Assembly (NCBI GenBank): GCA_951406725.2
Contig: OX597817.1
Location: forward strand, 174,096,001 to 174,160,000
Direction of reading: 5' to 3'
Length of the DNA: 64,000 bases
Origin: Octopus vulgaris
Lineage: Eukaryota
The stretch's first letter is position 1. Every line of letters starts with the position of its first letter. Below the pieces are notes generated by a model that was not told the origin of the DNA, searched no databases, and saw only the letters and a list, made by a program, of their open reading frames with translations. This document shows positions 1 to 12,950 of the stretch, in pieces. A program made the translations under genes and the position numbers.

Positions 1-220
1 CACAAAGCATATGCATACGCTTGTACTTTGAAGAGGCCTATATGCTATAACTGGTTTCTATTAAAGAATAAAGATATTATGAGTCGGAATTGGTATAGTT
101 TTACTGACTCTGACTTCAGCCACCCCTTAATTGTTTCTGACTCCAACTCCACAGCCCTGATTATAACACATAAAACCTGCCCCCCCCCAATTATTTCTGA
201 AACTACTTTCATTAACTTCA

Positions 221-257
<37 letters not shown>

Positions 258-259
<2 letters not shown>

Positions 260-650
260 TGTAGGAATGGCTGTGTGGTAAGTAGCTTGCTTACCAACCA
301 CATGGTTCTGGGTTCAGTCCCTCTGCGTGGCACCTTGGGCAAGTGTCTTCTACTATGGCCTCGGGCTCACCAAAGCCTTGTGAGTGGATTTGGTAGACGG
401 AAACTGAAAGAAGCCTGTTGTATATATATATATATGTATATGTCTGTGTATCCGTGTTTGTTTCCCCAACATCGCTTGGCAACACATTGCTGGTGTGTTT
501 ACGTCCCTGTCACTTAGCGGTTTAGCAAAAGAGACCAATAGAATAAGTACTAGGCTTACAAAGACTAAGTTCTGGGGTCGATTTGCTCGACTAAAGGCGG
601 TGCCCCAGCATGGCCACAGTTAAATAACTGAATCAAATAAAAGAATAAAA
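258..650 (+). mobile_element. tRNA-derived SINE (CORE-like family A)
   Basis: Pol III A/B-box-like head TGGCTGTGTGGTAAG...GGGTTCAGTCC, CORE-like CCTTGGGCAAGTG, internal (TA)n and an AAAAGAAT tail. Many copies in the window. Confidence 0.85.
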
Positions 651-1016
651 AATATATATATATACACACACTGGAATATGTCTGGGTGTTCTTTACTCCC
701 CATTTTCTGAATTATTATTTTATGGTTTTCGTCAACAAAATAAATTATTAGTGGTAAAATAACTGACTCTTTGGTGCATGTATGCATCCCCATTTTGATG
801 AAGACAGTGTCTCTCTTGACTTTATTGAAGTTCTTCATTCTTGTGTTTTTGACTTATATTTTCTCCTAGAGAAATCCAAGTTTTCTAACCATTTCTTCAA
901 TTAAGCATAAAAAGCTATTTGTGAAGGAATAGGAGAGGGTACACTATATTTCTCCATCATTTTGAGGATATGTTTTTTTTTTAATAAAAAAAGAACAAAA
1001 AACAAAACAAACACGT

Positions 1017-1170
1017 TAGCATGGCTGTGTGGTAAGAAGTCTGCTTCCCAACCACAAGGTTCTGGGTTCAGTCCTACTGCATGGCATTTGGGCGAGTGTC
1101 TTCTACTATAGCCTCGGGTTGACCAAATCTTTGTGAGTGGATTTGGTAGATGGAATTTGAAAGAAGCCCA

Positions 1171-1216
<46 letters not shown>

Positions 1217-1450
1217 ACACACGCATGTGTGTGTCTTTGTGTCTGTCTTTGTCTCCCAACACTGCTTGACAACCAGTGTTGATGTGTTTATGTCCCTATA
1301 ACTTAGCAGTTCAGCAAAAGAGACCGATGGAATTAGTGCCCAGCTTTTAAAAAATGTGTACCAGGGGTGATTTGTTCAACCAGAATTCTTCAAGGAAGTG
1401 CCCCAGCATGACCACAGTCTGAAGACTGAAGCAAGTAAAAGAATCAAAGA
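1017..1450 (+). mobile_element. tRNA-derived SINE, family A
   Basis: Same head, core and tail as 258-650, with internal (GT)n. Confidence 0.8.
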
Positions 1451-2674
1451 ATTTGCTGATGTCATTGTGCTTGACAACAGTAAAGAAATTTTGATCTCTA
1501 TTTTGATAAAAAAAATTATTTTTTAAAGTTTGGGATAGTTGTCTTGTTGTTATTTCCCTTTATTACAACGACTAACATTCTGTGACACTGAGTCTTTAAA
1601 TTTGACATTCTTGTAGTTGCAGTTTTTACGTCACATATTTTTTCACCATCATCATCATCATCTACAACACACTGAAACAAATATTTTCTGTCTTGTGATT
1701 GAAAAATATTAAAAAAACAGTTTTTGTTAATATTTTTCTTTTTATCATTGAGAGCATGGAGAACGGACGCTAAAAAAAAATGATGATGAATTTATGCATT
1801 CAGCTTAAACTACTTTGAATTTATCCTAAGAAGTAAAACATTAGTTAAACAAGCATATTTGTAAAACTGGAAATCTTAACACATATTACTTATTTACATT
1901 TAGAGTCAGTACTAACTCCAGCAAACTAAATAATTACCTTTGACTGACTTCAGCAAGTTAATAATTGATTAGGGTTTTCTCCCCCACCTACTGTTGTCTG
2001 AAGCCTTGTTCAGTTCATGGAAGGTGTGATTCCTCCTCTTATGAAGTCACAAAGTAAAATATCTTTCTTTGACATCACCAATAAGTGATATACAACTTTC
2101 TGATCTCTCTCTCTCTCATACATGAACATTTCTTTTTTAACAGTATGATAGTACTAAAATTGTTGGTATTAGGAGTAAATAGCTTTCTGCCTTCTAATTA
2201 GCAACATATGACTATCTACTCCCATGTCCTTGTACTCCTTTCATCAGACTATTGAAATCATCAGTTTTATTGCCAGTATGACTTTGAAATATTGCAATAA
2301 CTTGGTTCCTTTTCATTTATATGTAGATAAACAAGATCTGAACAGGAAAGAAAACTATAAAGATTTTGTCATATTTACTTCTTGAAAATCTAGAGGTGGA
2401 GATAATGTTAATAAATTAAGAATTTTTGTTGTATGGTATTTAACATATCTGTATGTGTCTTTGTTCAAATACATGCCACTAGCTATTTTTATCAGCTCAT
2501 TTTTATTTACAAATTTCCTCAGCCATAATTGATTTCTACTGTTTTGTATTTGACTAAGTCTTTTAGCTACTGGAGATAAGGTTGGATAATTGTTGTGCTG
2601 ATGAAAGCTATTGAACTAGAAGCACATGTCCACAACTGTCCTCTTATTTCCAAACAATAAGCGTGTCCTTTCCC

Positions 2675-2899
2675 TCAACCCTTCAATATTCAAGCTGGCC
2701 ATATAGGCCCAAATATTCTACCTGTATTTTGTTCAAACTGTCTTAGATCAGGGTTCCTACACCTACCCTACAATGTCATTTTAAAAATAAACAATTACAT
2801 CATTGAAATCTCAAACTTACAAGATAATGTATGATTAATTCAATACAATGTGAATAAGTGTTACATTTGACAAGAGTGATCTGAATGCTAATGGGTTAA
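2675..2899. mobile_element. piggyBac-like MITE of about 225 bp
   Basis: Ends resemble TTAA|CCCTT...(A)GGG|TTAA. Homologous copies at about 23367-23595, 27826-28043 and 46398-46630, and a split copy at 6172-6277/8807-8929. Confidence 0.65.
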
Positions 2900-3063
2900 T
2901 GGTATGTCAGTTTTGGAGAATTTTTCAGACCTGAGATTATCTCCCCTTCTCAAGTGGAACTGGTCCTAATTGCTATTTGATAATTATGATGTCATCTAGA
3001 GGTGGAAATAATTTTAATAAATCAAGAATTTTTATTGTATGGCATTTAAAACATTGTGCAAAT

Positions 3064-3609
3064 CAAAATCGAAATCGATCAACATCAATGGAAATTGTAG
3101 CTGTGATACCAGTGCCGGTGGCACGTAAGAGAACCATCTGAACGTGGCTGTTGCCAGCGCTGCCCCGACTGGCCTCCGTGCCGGTGGCAGGTAAAAAGCA
3201 CCATCCAGTTGTGGATGTTGCCAGTCTCGTCTGGCCCCCATGTCGGTGGCACGTAAAAGCACCATCCGTTCGTGGCCGTTGCCAGCCCCGACTGGCCTCC
3301 ATGCCGGTGGCAGGTAAAAAGCACCATCCAGTTGTGGACGTTGCCAGCCTCGTCTGGCCCCCATGTCGGTGGCACGTAAAAAGCACCATCCAATCGTGGC
3401 TGTTTGCCAGCCTCGTCTGGCACCTGTGCAGGTGGCACGTAAAAAGCACCCACTACACTCACGGAGTGGTTGGCGTTAGGAAGGGCATCCAGTTGTAGAA
3501 ACACTGCCAGATCAGACTGGGCCTGGTGCAGCCTTCTGTCTTCCCAGACCCCAGTTGGACCGCCCAACCCATGCTAGCATGGAGAACGGATGTTAAACGA
3601 TGATGATGA
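3064..3609 (+). mobile_element. 5'-truncated RTE LINE 3' UTR with internal ~60-bp tandem units and (GAT)n tail
   Basis: Ends CATGCTAGCATGGAGAACGGATGTTAAACGATGATGATGA and is flanked by a 9-bp TSD TGTGCAAAT (3055-3063, 3610-3618). Same tail as the RT-bearing copies. Confidence 0.85.
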
Positions 3610-4369
3610 TGTGCAAATACAAACTGCCGGTCACTTGCAGTTATTTCTCTTGGCTCATTTTTGTCAAAATTATTCAAATCACTTAGTTTGTGTTACTATC
3701 CCAGATCTTGTAAAGAATGTTTTTGATTTTCATCTTGTTTCTTGATAATTCATTACATTTGTGAGCTTTTCTGTTGGTTTGATTGGATTAAAGTTTACTT
3801 GCAAATGCTTGATGGCTGATCATAAATCCCTGCCCTACCTATATACTTGATGGTAAATGCTTGATGGTAAATGCTTGATGGTAAATCCCTGCCCTACCTA
3901 TATACTAGTGTAAGTGATTACACACTTTTTAGACACTAATGACACTTATTCTGATAGTAGCATAGAATTCTAATTTAAAATAATTCCTAGCCAGCTGACA
4001 ATTTCTAGTGAAAGCAGGTTAAAAGCAATAAAAACTCATATGATCTATCCTAAATAATCAACTTGAAACACATTTCTGTTGTTGAGTCTACTGACTTACC
4101 AACAGTTCTATGATCAAAGACTTTGAAGCCATGACCATCCTCATAAAATCTATGATACTATTTCATGCATAATAACTTAATAGAAATTTACATTGCAAAT
4201 AACCTAAGTTATATGTCAATTACTCTCTTTGTATGCTAAATATCTATTTTAAGTATTTGGTTAATTTTTTTTTTAAGTATCAGATTAGCTTATCTTAGCA
4301 GATAATGAATGCATCATTTTAATGTATAGTCTATATTAGTCTTACAATTTTTTTTTTATTCTGTAAATA

Positions 4370-4776
4370 GTGCGCAGGAGTGGCTGTGTGGTAAGTAGCT
4401 TGTTTACCAACCACATGGTTCCGGGTTCAGTCCCACTGCGTGGCACCTTGGGCGAGTGTCTTCTACTATAACCTTGGGCCGACCAAAGCCTTGTGAGTGG
4501 ATTTGGTAGACGGAAACTGAAAGAAGCCCGTCGTATATATGTATATATACATATATATGCGTGTGTGTGTTTGTGTGTCTGTGTTTGTCCCCCTAGCATT
4601 GCTTGACAACCGATGCTGGTGTGTTTATGTCCCCGTTACTTAGCGGTTCGGCAAAAGAGACCGATAGAATAAGTACTGGGCTTACAAAAGAATAAGTCCC
4701 GGGGTCGGTTGTGTTAAAGCGGTGCTCCAGCATGGCCGCAGTCAAATGACTGAAACAAGTAAAAGAGTAAAAGAGT
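4370..4776 (+). mobile_element. tRNA-derived SINE, family A (near full length)
   Basis: GCGCAGGAGTGGCTGTGTGGTAAG head and (AGTAAAAG)n tail. Confidence 0.88.
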
Positions 4777-4987
4777 ATAACTTGAACTCCATTATCTAGT
4801 TTGTCTTCTAAAATGGCAGGGTGTGGTTTGAGGGATATTTGGTTGCTACTTCTTTTGAAGCAGATTTATTGACTCTGTAAAGGCTCCTGTTTTTTATGTA
4901 TGTCTGTGGTAATGCAATTGTTGAATAGTTGTTTTCTTAACATCTCTGTTCACATCAAATGTCCTACTTGGAATCTATTACGTCCTC

Positions 4988-5670
4988 CTCTTTTCAGTCA
5001 TTTGACTGCGGCCATGCTGGAGCACTGCCTTTAGTCAAGCAAATCGACCCCAGGACTTATTCTTTGTAAGCCTAGTACTTATTCTATCGGTCTCTTTTGC
5101 AGAACTGCTTATGGGGACGTAAACACACCACCATCGGTTGTCAAGCGATGTTGGGGCGACGCTCCAGCATGGCCGCAGTCAAATGACTGAAACAAGTAAA
5201 AGAGTAAAAGAGTATAACTCGAACTCCATTATCTAGTTTGTCTTCTAAAATGGCAGGATGTGGTTTGAGGGATATTTGGTTGCTACTTCTTTTGAAGCAG
5301 ATTTATTGACTCTGTAAAGGCTCCTGTTTCTTATGTATGTCTGTGGTAATGCAATTGTCGAATAGTTGTTTTCTTAACATCTCTGTTCACATCAAATGTC
5401 CTGCTTGGAATCTATTACGTCCTCCTCTTTTCAGTCATTTGACTGCGGCCATGCTGGAGCACCACCTTTAATCGAGCAACTCGACCCCGGGACTTATTCT
5501 TTGTAAGCCCAGTACTTATTCTATCGGTCCCTTTTGCCGAACTGCTGAGTGACGGGGATATAAACACATCATCGGTTGTCAAGCAATGCTAGGGGGACAA
5601 ACATACATGCACGCACACATACATATATATGGTGGGCTTCTTTCAGTTTCCGTTTACCAAATCCACTTAA
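4988..5670 (-). mobile_element. Two antisense family A SINE 3' portions (4988-5160, 5425-5670) within a local duplication
   Basis: The reverse complement of the SINE tail, CAGTCATTTGACTGCGGCCATGCTGGAGC, occurs twice. Confidence 0.8.
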
Positions 5671-6277
5671 ATGCTAAAGGGCTATGGCAGTGCTCTACAG
5701 AGGGGTGTCCTTCCTGTTACTAACCTATACCCATATTTCAAGTAAGGGAGTTCTATCCCATATGTCTTTGAAAGAGCAGAATAAGCAGATGATTTGTTGA
5801 CAAAGACTGACAGTAAGCTTCAGCATTTGTAGCTTAGTGCTTTCTCATGTGAAGCACGGAAATGTAAACAATCACGCATGGGCACATGCTTACATAACAT
5901 CTATGATGGGTTTTATAAGCTTCCCATTGCCTCCAGGATTACAGAAGAAAATACTTCCTCAAGCTGCTGCCAGTAAGACTGAACCCCAAATCTCGTGGAT
6001 GAGAAGCAAACTTCTTAACCACATAGCCAAGCTTGCATCTGTATATTTCATAACCTGTTGTTTGTCATATTGAATTATACTATTTCACAGGTTTTGAATG
6101 TAACAAAAGTAGTCTTTGAAAGTATTCTGTACTTAGAATCTTTTTTTTACCCAAGAATACTCTATATTTGCTTAATCCTTTAACATTCAGATTATTCTGT
6201 CAAATACAATGCTTATTCATTCACATTATTTTGAATTAATCATTCATTATCTTGAAGCTTCAAGATTACAAGGATGT

Positions 6278-8807
6278 CATAATCATCATCATCATCAAAT
6301 GCCTGCTTTCCATGCTGGCATGGGTTTGACGGTTTGACTGGGGACTGGTGAACCAGATGGCTGCACCAGGCTCCAATCTGATCCGGCAGAGTTTCTACAG
6401 CTTGATGCCCTTCCTAACACCAACCACTCCATGAGTGTAGTGGGTGCTTTTACGTTCCACCAGCACGATAGCCAGTCAGAGGGTACTGGCAATAGCCACG
6501 CTTAAAAGGGTTTTTTTTATGTGCCACCTGCATGGGAGCCAGTCCAGCGGTACTGACAACAACCATGCTCGAATGTTGTTTTTCATGTACCACCAGCACA
6601 TGTGCCAGTAAGGTGACACTGGCAAAGATCATGCTCAAATGGTGCTTTTTATGTGCCACCAGCATGGGAGTCAGCGGCCCTGGCAACAGTCACACTCGAA
6701 TGGTGCTTTTAATGTTCCACTGGCATGAGTGCCAATCAGGCGGTACTGTCATCGGCCATGTCAGCTATTTTGATTTTGATTTCATTTGCCTGAACAGGTC
6801 TTCGCAAGCAAAGTTTATTAAATGAAGGGTACTCATAAGTGGGCTGGTTATACACCACTGGCATAGGTCATGGGTTATGGTCTCACTTGGCTTGTTGGGT
6901 CATCTCAAGCACAGCATATCTCCAAAGGTCTTGGTCACTAATCATTGCCTCGGTGAGGCCCAGTGTTCGAAGGTCGTGCTTCACCACCTCATCCCAGGTC
7001 TTCCTGGGTCTACCTCTTCCACAGGTTCCCATAACTGCTAGAGTGTGACACTTTTTCACACAGCTGTCCTCATCCATTCACGACACATGACCATACCATC
7101 ACAGTCGTCCCTCTTGCACACCATATCTGATGCTTCTCAAGTCCAACTTTTCTCTCAAGGTACTTACACTCTGTCAAGTACACACACTTACATTACACAT
7201 CCAGCAGAGCATGCTGTCCTTCTTTCCTTGAAAGCTTACGCATCTCCTTAGCAGTCATGGCCCATGTTTCACTGCCATGTAGCATGGCTGTTCGTACACA
7301 TGCGTCATACAACCTACCTTTTACTCTGAGCAAGAGCCCCTTTGTCACCAGCAGAGGTAGGAACTCTCTGAACTTTGCCCAGGCTATTCTTATTCTAGCA
7401 GCTACACTTTCAGAGCATCCACTCCCACTACTGACTTGGTCACCTAGGTAGCGGAAGATATCAACTACTTGTAGTTTTTCTCCCTGGAATGTGACAGAAG
7501 CTGTTCTCTGCACATTTTCAGTGTTTATTGCTCCTGAACATTTGCCATATATAAAAACTATCTTCCCAGTTAGCCTTCCTTTGATATTACTGCAGCCTCT
7601 TATGTGTCCATAGCTTACATCTTATGGAGTTTCTACCTATGCCTTTTCTGCAGATCAAGCAGGGCCATCTACCTGTGGTTTGTCTGCCTTTCTACTTATT
7701 AAGACTTTGGCTTTAGCTAGATTGACTCTAAGGCCCTTCGATTCTAATCCTTGCTTCCACACCCGAAACTTTTCCTCTAGTTCTGATAGTGTCTCAGCAA
7801 TTAGAGCATGGTCATCAGCATAGAAGAGCTCCAGGGGCATCCTGTCTTGAATTCCTCTGTTATTGCTGGAGGACAATGATGAATAAGAGGGGGCTGAGGG
7901 CTGATCCTTCTTCACTGTACTCATTGCCAACCCCCACCTTACTGACAATATCCCTGTACATGGCTTGCACAGCTCTCACTAACCATTCATCTATCACTAG
8001 TTTCCTCATTGACCACCAGATAAGAGATTGGGGGACCCTGTCAAAGGCTTTCTCCATGTCAATGAAAGCCAGGTACAGATGTTTATCTTTGGCTAGGTAT
8101 TTCTCTTGCAGCTCTCTTACCAGAAATATAGCATCAGTAGTGATTTTCCCTGGTACGAACCCAAACTGCATCTCATCTAGACTGACTCTCTCTCTAATTA
8201 GTTGGGCTATGACCCTCTTCGTGACCTTTATTACCTGATCCAACAACTTGATAGCTCTGTAATTATTTATATCTAAAGCGTCATCTTTACCTTTGTAGTA
8301 GTTGACTATGGTGCTGCTACACCAGTCATTTGGTATGACTCCTTCATGTATCACCTGGGTGACTAGGCTATAGCTGACACCGCCAGATATTTTGAGCATC
8401 TCTGCAGTGATTCCTGATAGGCCAGGGGCTTTCCCTGTCTTCATACCCTTAATTGCTTTATCTACCAAGGTACTGTCAATTTGGATAGCTAGTCCCTTTG
8501 TTGGGTCAGCATTCGGCAGTCTCTTTTTCTCCCATTCATTCTCTTTATTGAGCAACCTTTCATAGTGGCATCTCCAAACCTCTCTCTTTGCAGCTTCGTT
8601 TAATGCAAGCAAACCATCATCCATGCAGACACATTTCTCTCCTATGACATCACGATTCTCTCTCACACACTGTCTTGCAACACGAAATACTTCAAGTCTT
8701 TAGTCCTCACGGTACAGAACATTGGCAAATTTTTTCTTATCTGCTTCCCCTCTGGCTAAATAAATCTGTTTCCTAGCTTCCCTTCTAGCATTCTGATATA
8801 ATTCCCT
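6278..8807 (-). mobile_element. Decayed RTE-clade LINE (RT domain, C-terminus, 3' UTR)
   Basis: Minus-strand ORF pieces QFGFVPGK.TTDAIF, LAFIDMEKAFDRVP, LSPLLFII, LFYADD, FRYLGD, LHGSETW and RGRPRKTW, with frameshifts. (CAT)n tail at 6278. Confidence 0.95.
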
Positions 8808-9237
8808 GATTGTTTATTTTTAGAATAACATTGTAGGGTAGGTGTGCGAGGCCAGATCTGGCCAGTTTGATCATACAATAAATAGAATATTTGGGCTGGA
8901 TATGGTTGGCTTAACTACTAAAGAATTAAAGAGAGAGTGTTCTTTTATACATTGTGTCATGTAAATTTACATTCCATTATTGAAGAGAATCTGTGTAATA
9001 AACATTTCTATTGCAGATAAAATTTTGGTTACTCTTTCCTGTTAACTAGTTAATGTTTTGTTGTTGTTTTTTTGTTGTTGTTTTAGTGTTAATTTGATTT
9101 ATCTGAATTCTTTGTATTATTTAAATTTATTTTCCATATTGGCCTTACCAAAATTCATCTTATACTTATATTTGTGGTTTCTGTTGTTATTGCTATTAAT
9201 GTTTGTTTTTTTTCTATCCTTTCTTTATCTTTTGTAG

Positions 9238-9362
9238 ATGGCTTCCGAAAAGTGATTAATTTAGAGCAAGGCTCTCTCAAGACAGAGAAGGATAATTTAC
9301 AGTTTCAACATAATTATTTTGTGAAAGGCAAAGAGAACTTGCTGGAATTAATTAAAAGAAAA
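9238..9362 (+). CDS. HSF1: Heat shock factor exon: C-terminal half of the winged-helix DNA-binding domain
   Basis: Polypyrimidine tract then tttgtag|AT GGC TTC CGA AAA GTG; donor AAA|gtaagt. Encodes (Y)[41 protein letters not shown], which has the HSF DBD hallmarks YGFRKV, FQH.F.KG and L..IKRK. Confidence 0.96.
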
Positions 9363-10209
9363 GTAAGTTGAAAGAAGAGTTGTTAAGTTTGACACTAATA
9401 TTTTATTTGGTCAGAAATTTGTTAGACATTAGAACAGAACTGGTGGCTTTTCACTTTCATTTCGGTCCAGTGTTGTAGTGGCTCCAAGTTTTCTTATGTA
9501 ATCAAAGTTAATTATCTTGTTAAAAGAATTGTACTGCTTGGCAAACACTGTTACTATTTAATTAGTTGACTTACTGTCAGAAACTAGTTGTGAAATTGAT
9601 GTGGGCAAGGCAGTTTGGAGGTTTTGCTTTCCAGTCACATTGTTCTGGGTTCAGCCCCACTGCATGGCGCCTGGGGTTAGTTTCTCCTCCTAATGCCTTG
9701 CAAAGGAAATGTGTTAGAAATATCGCAGAAGCCTATTGTGTGTGTGTGATTTCCATTACAGGCAAATGGAAAGCTGCTACTGGTAACCATGTAATTATGA
9801 AAGTAATACCTGCTCTCTGTCTCTGTCTCTCTGAGAGACTGACAGACAGAGGCTGAAATGTTATGGGGAAATGGAAATATATGATTTATGAGTTACAGTG
9901 GAAAGCATAAAATGTGTCGTTATGGATATGGCAAATGTTTGTGCAGAAAAGCCGAAGGCTGTGAGCAAAGGATAAATCAGTAAAAAAAAAAAGGATGGTT
10001 GCGGTGGATATAGCTGTGCAGCCACCAAGATTAGTGGTTGCATGAATGATGAGAAAGAAAGTGTGCTGTAGTCTGGGGACAAATAGCTAGGACATTGCCT
10101 GGTCACATCAGTGCTGCTCGGCACTGCTACAGAAAGTGCCATAATTGTTTTGGTTTCCTGTTAGCAGCTGGTGAAGATAGTGCTCCACAGTGTGCTTATA
10201 TAGCTGTAA

Positions 10210-11235
10210 GTATGGCTCTGTGTTTAAGAAGGTGACTTCTGAACTATGAGATTTCAGGTTCAATTCCAATGCATGGCTGTTTGAAAAAGTGTCTTCTTTT
10301 ATAACCCTGGGCTGACGAGATCCTTATAAGCAGATTTGGTTAACAGAAACTGGAAGAATCCTGTCATATTTGTTTGTGCATGCATTTGTAATAACATTGC
10401 ACAACAGATTATGATTGTCATGAAACCAATACCCCAGAGTTTCAATCTGTGGTGAAAGTTTGTACAGCCATGGGAAAACATTACCTTGCTTGGTGATTGG
10501 CAATAGGAAGAGCATTTTATCATAGAAAAATCTACTAAATGAATCCTATTTGACCCATATAGCATGGGAAAGTACACATTAAAATGGTGATGTATATCTG
10601 CAGGAGATGGCAGAATCAGTTACATCTCTCTATATTCTGGTTACATATCCCTATGATCTAGTTGAATTTGCTTTCCTTCCTCCTGAGGCTAATAAAATAT
10701 GTATCAGACAAACTATTGAAGGTGTGGCCATAGTCAAGCGAGTGAGACCAGAAGGTGAGTGATGCTGTAAATTGAAAATACCAGTATTGAAATTCTTGGC
10801 ATGGCTCTGTGATCAAGAAACTTGCTTCCCAACCACATTGGTCTGGGTTCAGTCCCACTGCATGGCACCTTGGACAAGTCTCTTCTACCATGGCCTTGGG
10901 CCTTGTCAATTGATTTTGTAGATTGAAACTGAAAGAAGCTCCTCATGTACATGTGTATGTATGCATGCATGTGTGTGTGTGTTAGAGAAAGATAGAGAGA
11001 GTTCATGGCACCTTGTTCTTGCATGGCATGATCGTTGTAAACAAGTGCCACTGTCATACAGCGATATTCTTCACTTCTAATATTCCATGGAAACATGTCC
11101 AACCATAGGGAAATGCTAACTTACTTGAAAACAGGTAAAGATTGGTAACAAGAAGGGCGTCCAGCTATAGAAAATCTGCTTCAATAATATGTTCAAATAT
11201 GGGAAAGTGGACATCAAAGCCATGTTAATGATGTC
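10210..11235 (+). mobile_element. Two degraded tRNA-head SINEs with RTE-like 3' tail (family B; about 10210-10595 and 10797-11235)
   Basis: Family-A-like head joined to a GAAGGGC.TCCAGCT.TAGAAAA...AAGTGGAC tail shared with the RTE 3' end. Confidence 0.6.
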
Positions 11236-12209
11236 TGTTACTCATCAAAATATTTTATTAACTGAATGAATTTTTGCTTTGTTATGGATATAGAGTCAGC
11301 TTTTATTTACAGTGCTCTTAGACTATCATCATGAACCCCACTTTCATAGCTGTTCTCATGGAGAGATATGGCTTCCCCTCTTCAGGACATGGAGAAAATA
11401 CGAGCTCTTCAAGCCATGGCAAAGGTTGCTTGTGTAGGGGGAACAGTATCTCTGAATACAAACTGTTATATGGCGAAGACTCTTCAGTCTTGGCAGACAA
11501 TTTCTCTAGCTTTTCTAGTTCTAGAGGCACAAGAAAATGCATCCAGGCATCATCACCATCATCATCATCATTTAATCTGTTTTCCATGCTGGAATGGGTT
11601 TGACAGAAGCTGCCCATGATCCAATTGTCTGCTTTGGTATGGTTTCTATGGCTGGATGCCCTTCTTAATGCCAACCACTTTACAGGGTGTACTGGGTGCT
11701 TTTTATGTGGAACTGGCATGGGTGCATCATACATGGTACCGACACTGGTACCGACATACATGGTACCGACACTTATCTTACATGGCACCAGCACAAGTGC
11801 TTTTTAAGTAGCATCAGCACAAATGCTTTTCATGTGACTCCAGCCTGTTACAAAATGGTTGGCAATAGCAAAAGTATCCAACAGCAAAAAAACAAAAAGT
11901 ACACCGATAATCAAATGATACACACAACAACAAAGATTGGCCATTGTCTCTGTTGCCACATGTTCTGAAAGGCTATGATAAGTAGCCAGACACTTGTCAT
12001 CCGGTCCAAATTACAGAATGGATTATGTTATGTTTCATATATTGATTGATTTTCTCTTTTATAAACATGAACTGAAATGTTAACAAATGAAAAATTGAAA
12101 TATTATAATGTAATGAATTCATGTAAATATTAGAATTTTAATAATTAAAATCTAATAAAAGGAAATGTATTAGTCTCATAACTTTACAAGTTGTAAGACT
12201 AACACATAC

Positions 12210-12950
12210 AATCATCATCATTTTAATGTCCACTTTCCCATACTTGCATGGGTCCAATGGAATTCATCGAGGCAAATTTTATACAGCTGGATGCCCTTGT
12301 TGTTGCCAACCCTCACTTGTGTTGCTAGCCCCTACCCCACACCAGTAACCCCTGCCTGTGTTGCTAACCCTCACCCACATTGCTACCCCCTCACCTGCAT
12401 TGCTACCCCCTCACCTGCATTGCCACCCTCTCACCTGCATTGCCACCCCATCACCTGCATTGCCACCCCATCACATATGTTGCTAACCCTCACCCACAAT
12501 TGCTAAGCCCCATCTGTGTCGCTAACCCCCACTCACATCATTAACTACACCCATGTTAACTCTCACCCACATTGCTACCCCCTCACCTGCATTGCCACCC
12601 CCTCACCTGCATTGCCACCCCATCACATATGTTGCTAACCCTCACTTGACTCCAGGCAAGATGATATTTCTCTATGACCAAACATGTTTCTTTTACAAAA
12701 GTCTAGAAAGGAACATCATCACTTGCATGATGGTGAATCCTATTTTGCAGCCATCATGTGATGTCAAGACAAGGGTGTGCACACACGCAGAGAGGGATAG
12801 AGAGAGCTGGGATGGGAGCTCCTTCCAGTTCCTGTCTACTAAGTCTACTTTCAAGGCTTTGGACAGCCTGAGACTGTAGTAGAAGACAATTGCCCAAGGT
12901 GCTGCACAGTGGGATTGAACCCCAAGAGCCACATGGTTTGGAAGCAAGCT
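12210..12950 (-). mobile_element. Family B SINE containing an expanded ~20-bp minisatellite (about 12320-12650)
   Basis: (CAT)n tail and GCTGGATGCCCTT, then repeats of CCCCTCACCTGCATTGCCAC, then the SINE head in reverse. Confidence 0.7.

Noticed and set aside
258-340. tRNA genes at SINE heads
   Set aside because: These are A/B-box-like heads fused to SINE core and tail, with no complete cloverleaf.
2389-3680. Diverged ~60-150-bp direct repeats (2389 vs 2995; a similar pair at about 16985 vs 17725)
   Set aside because: Old AT-rich duplications with no LTR hallmarks (TG..CA, PBS, PPT) or coding content.
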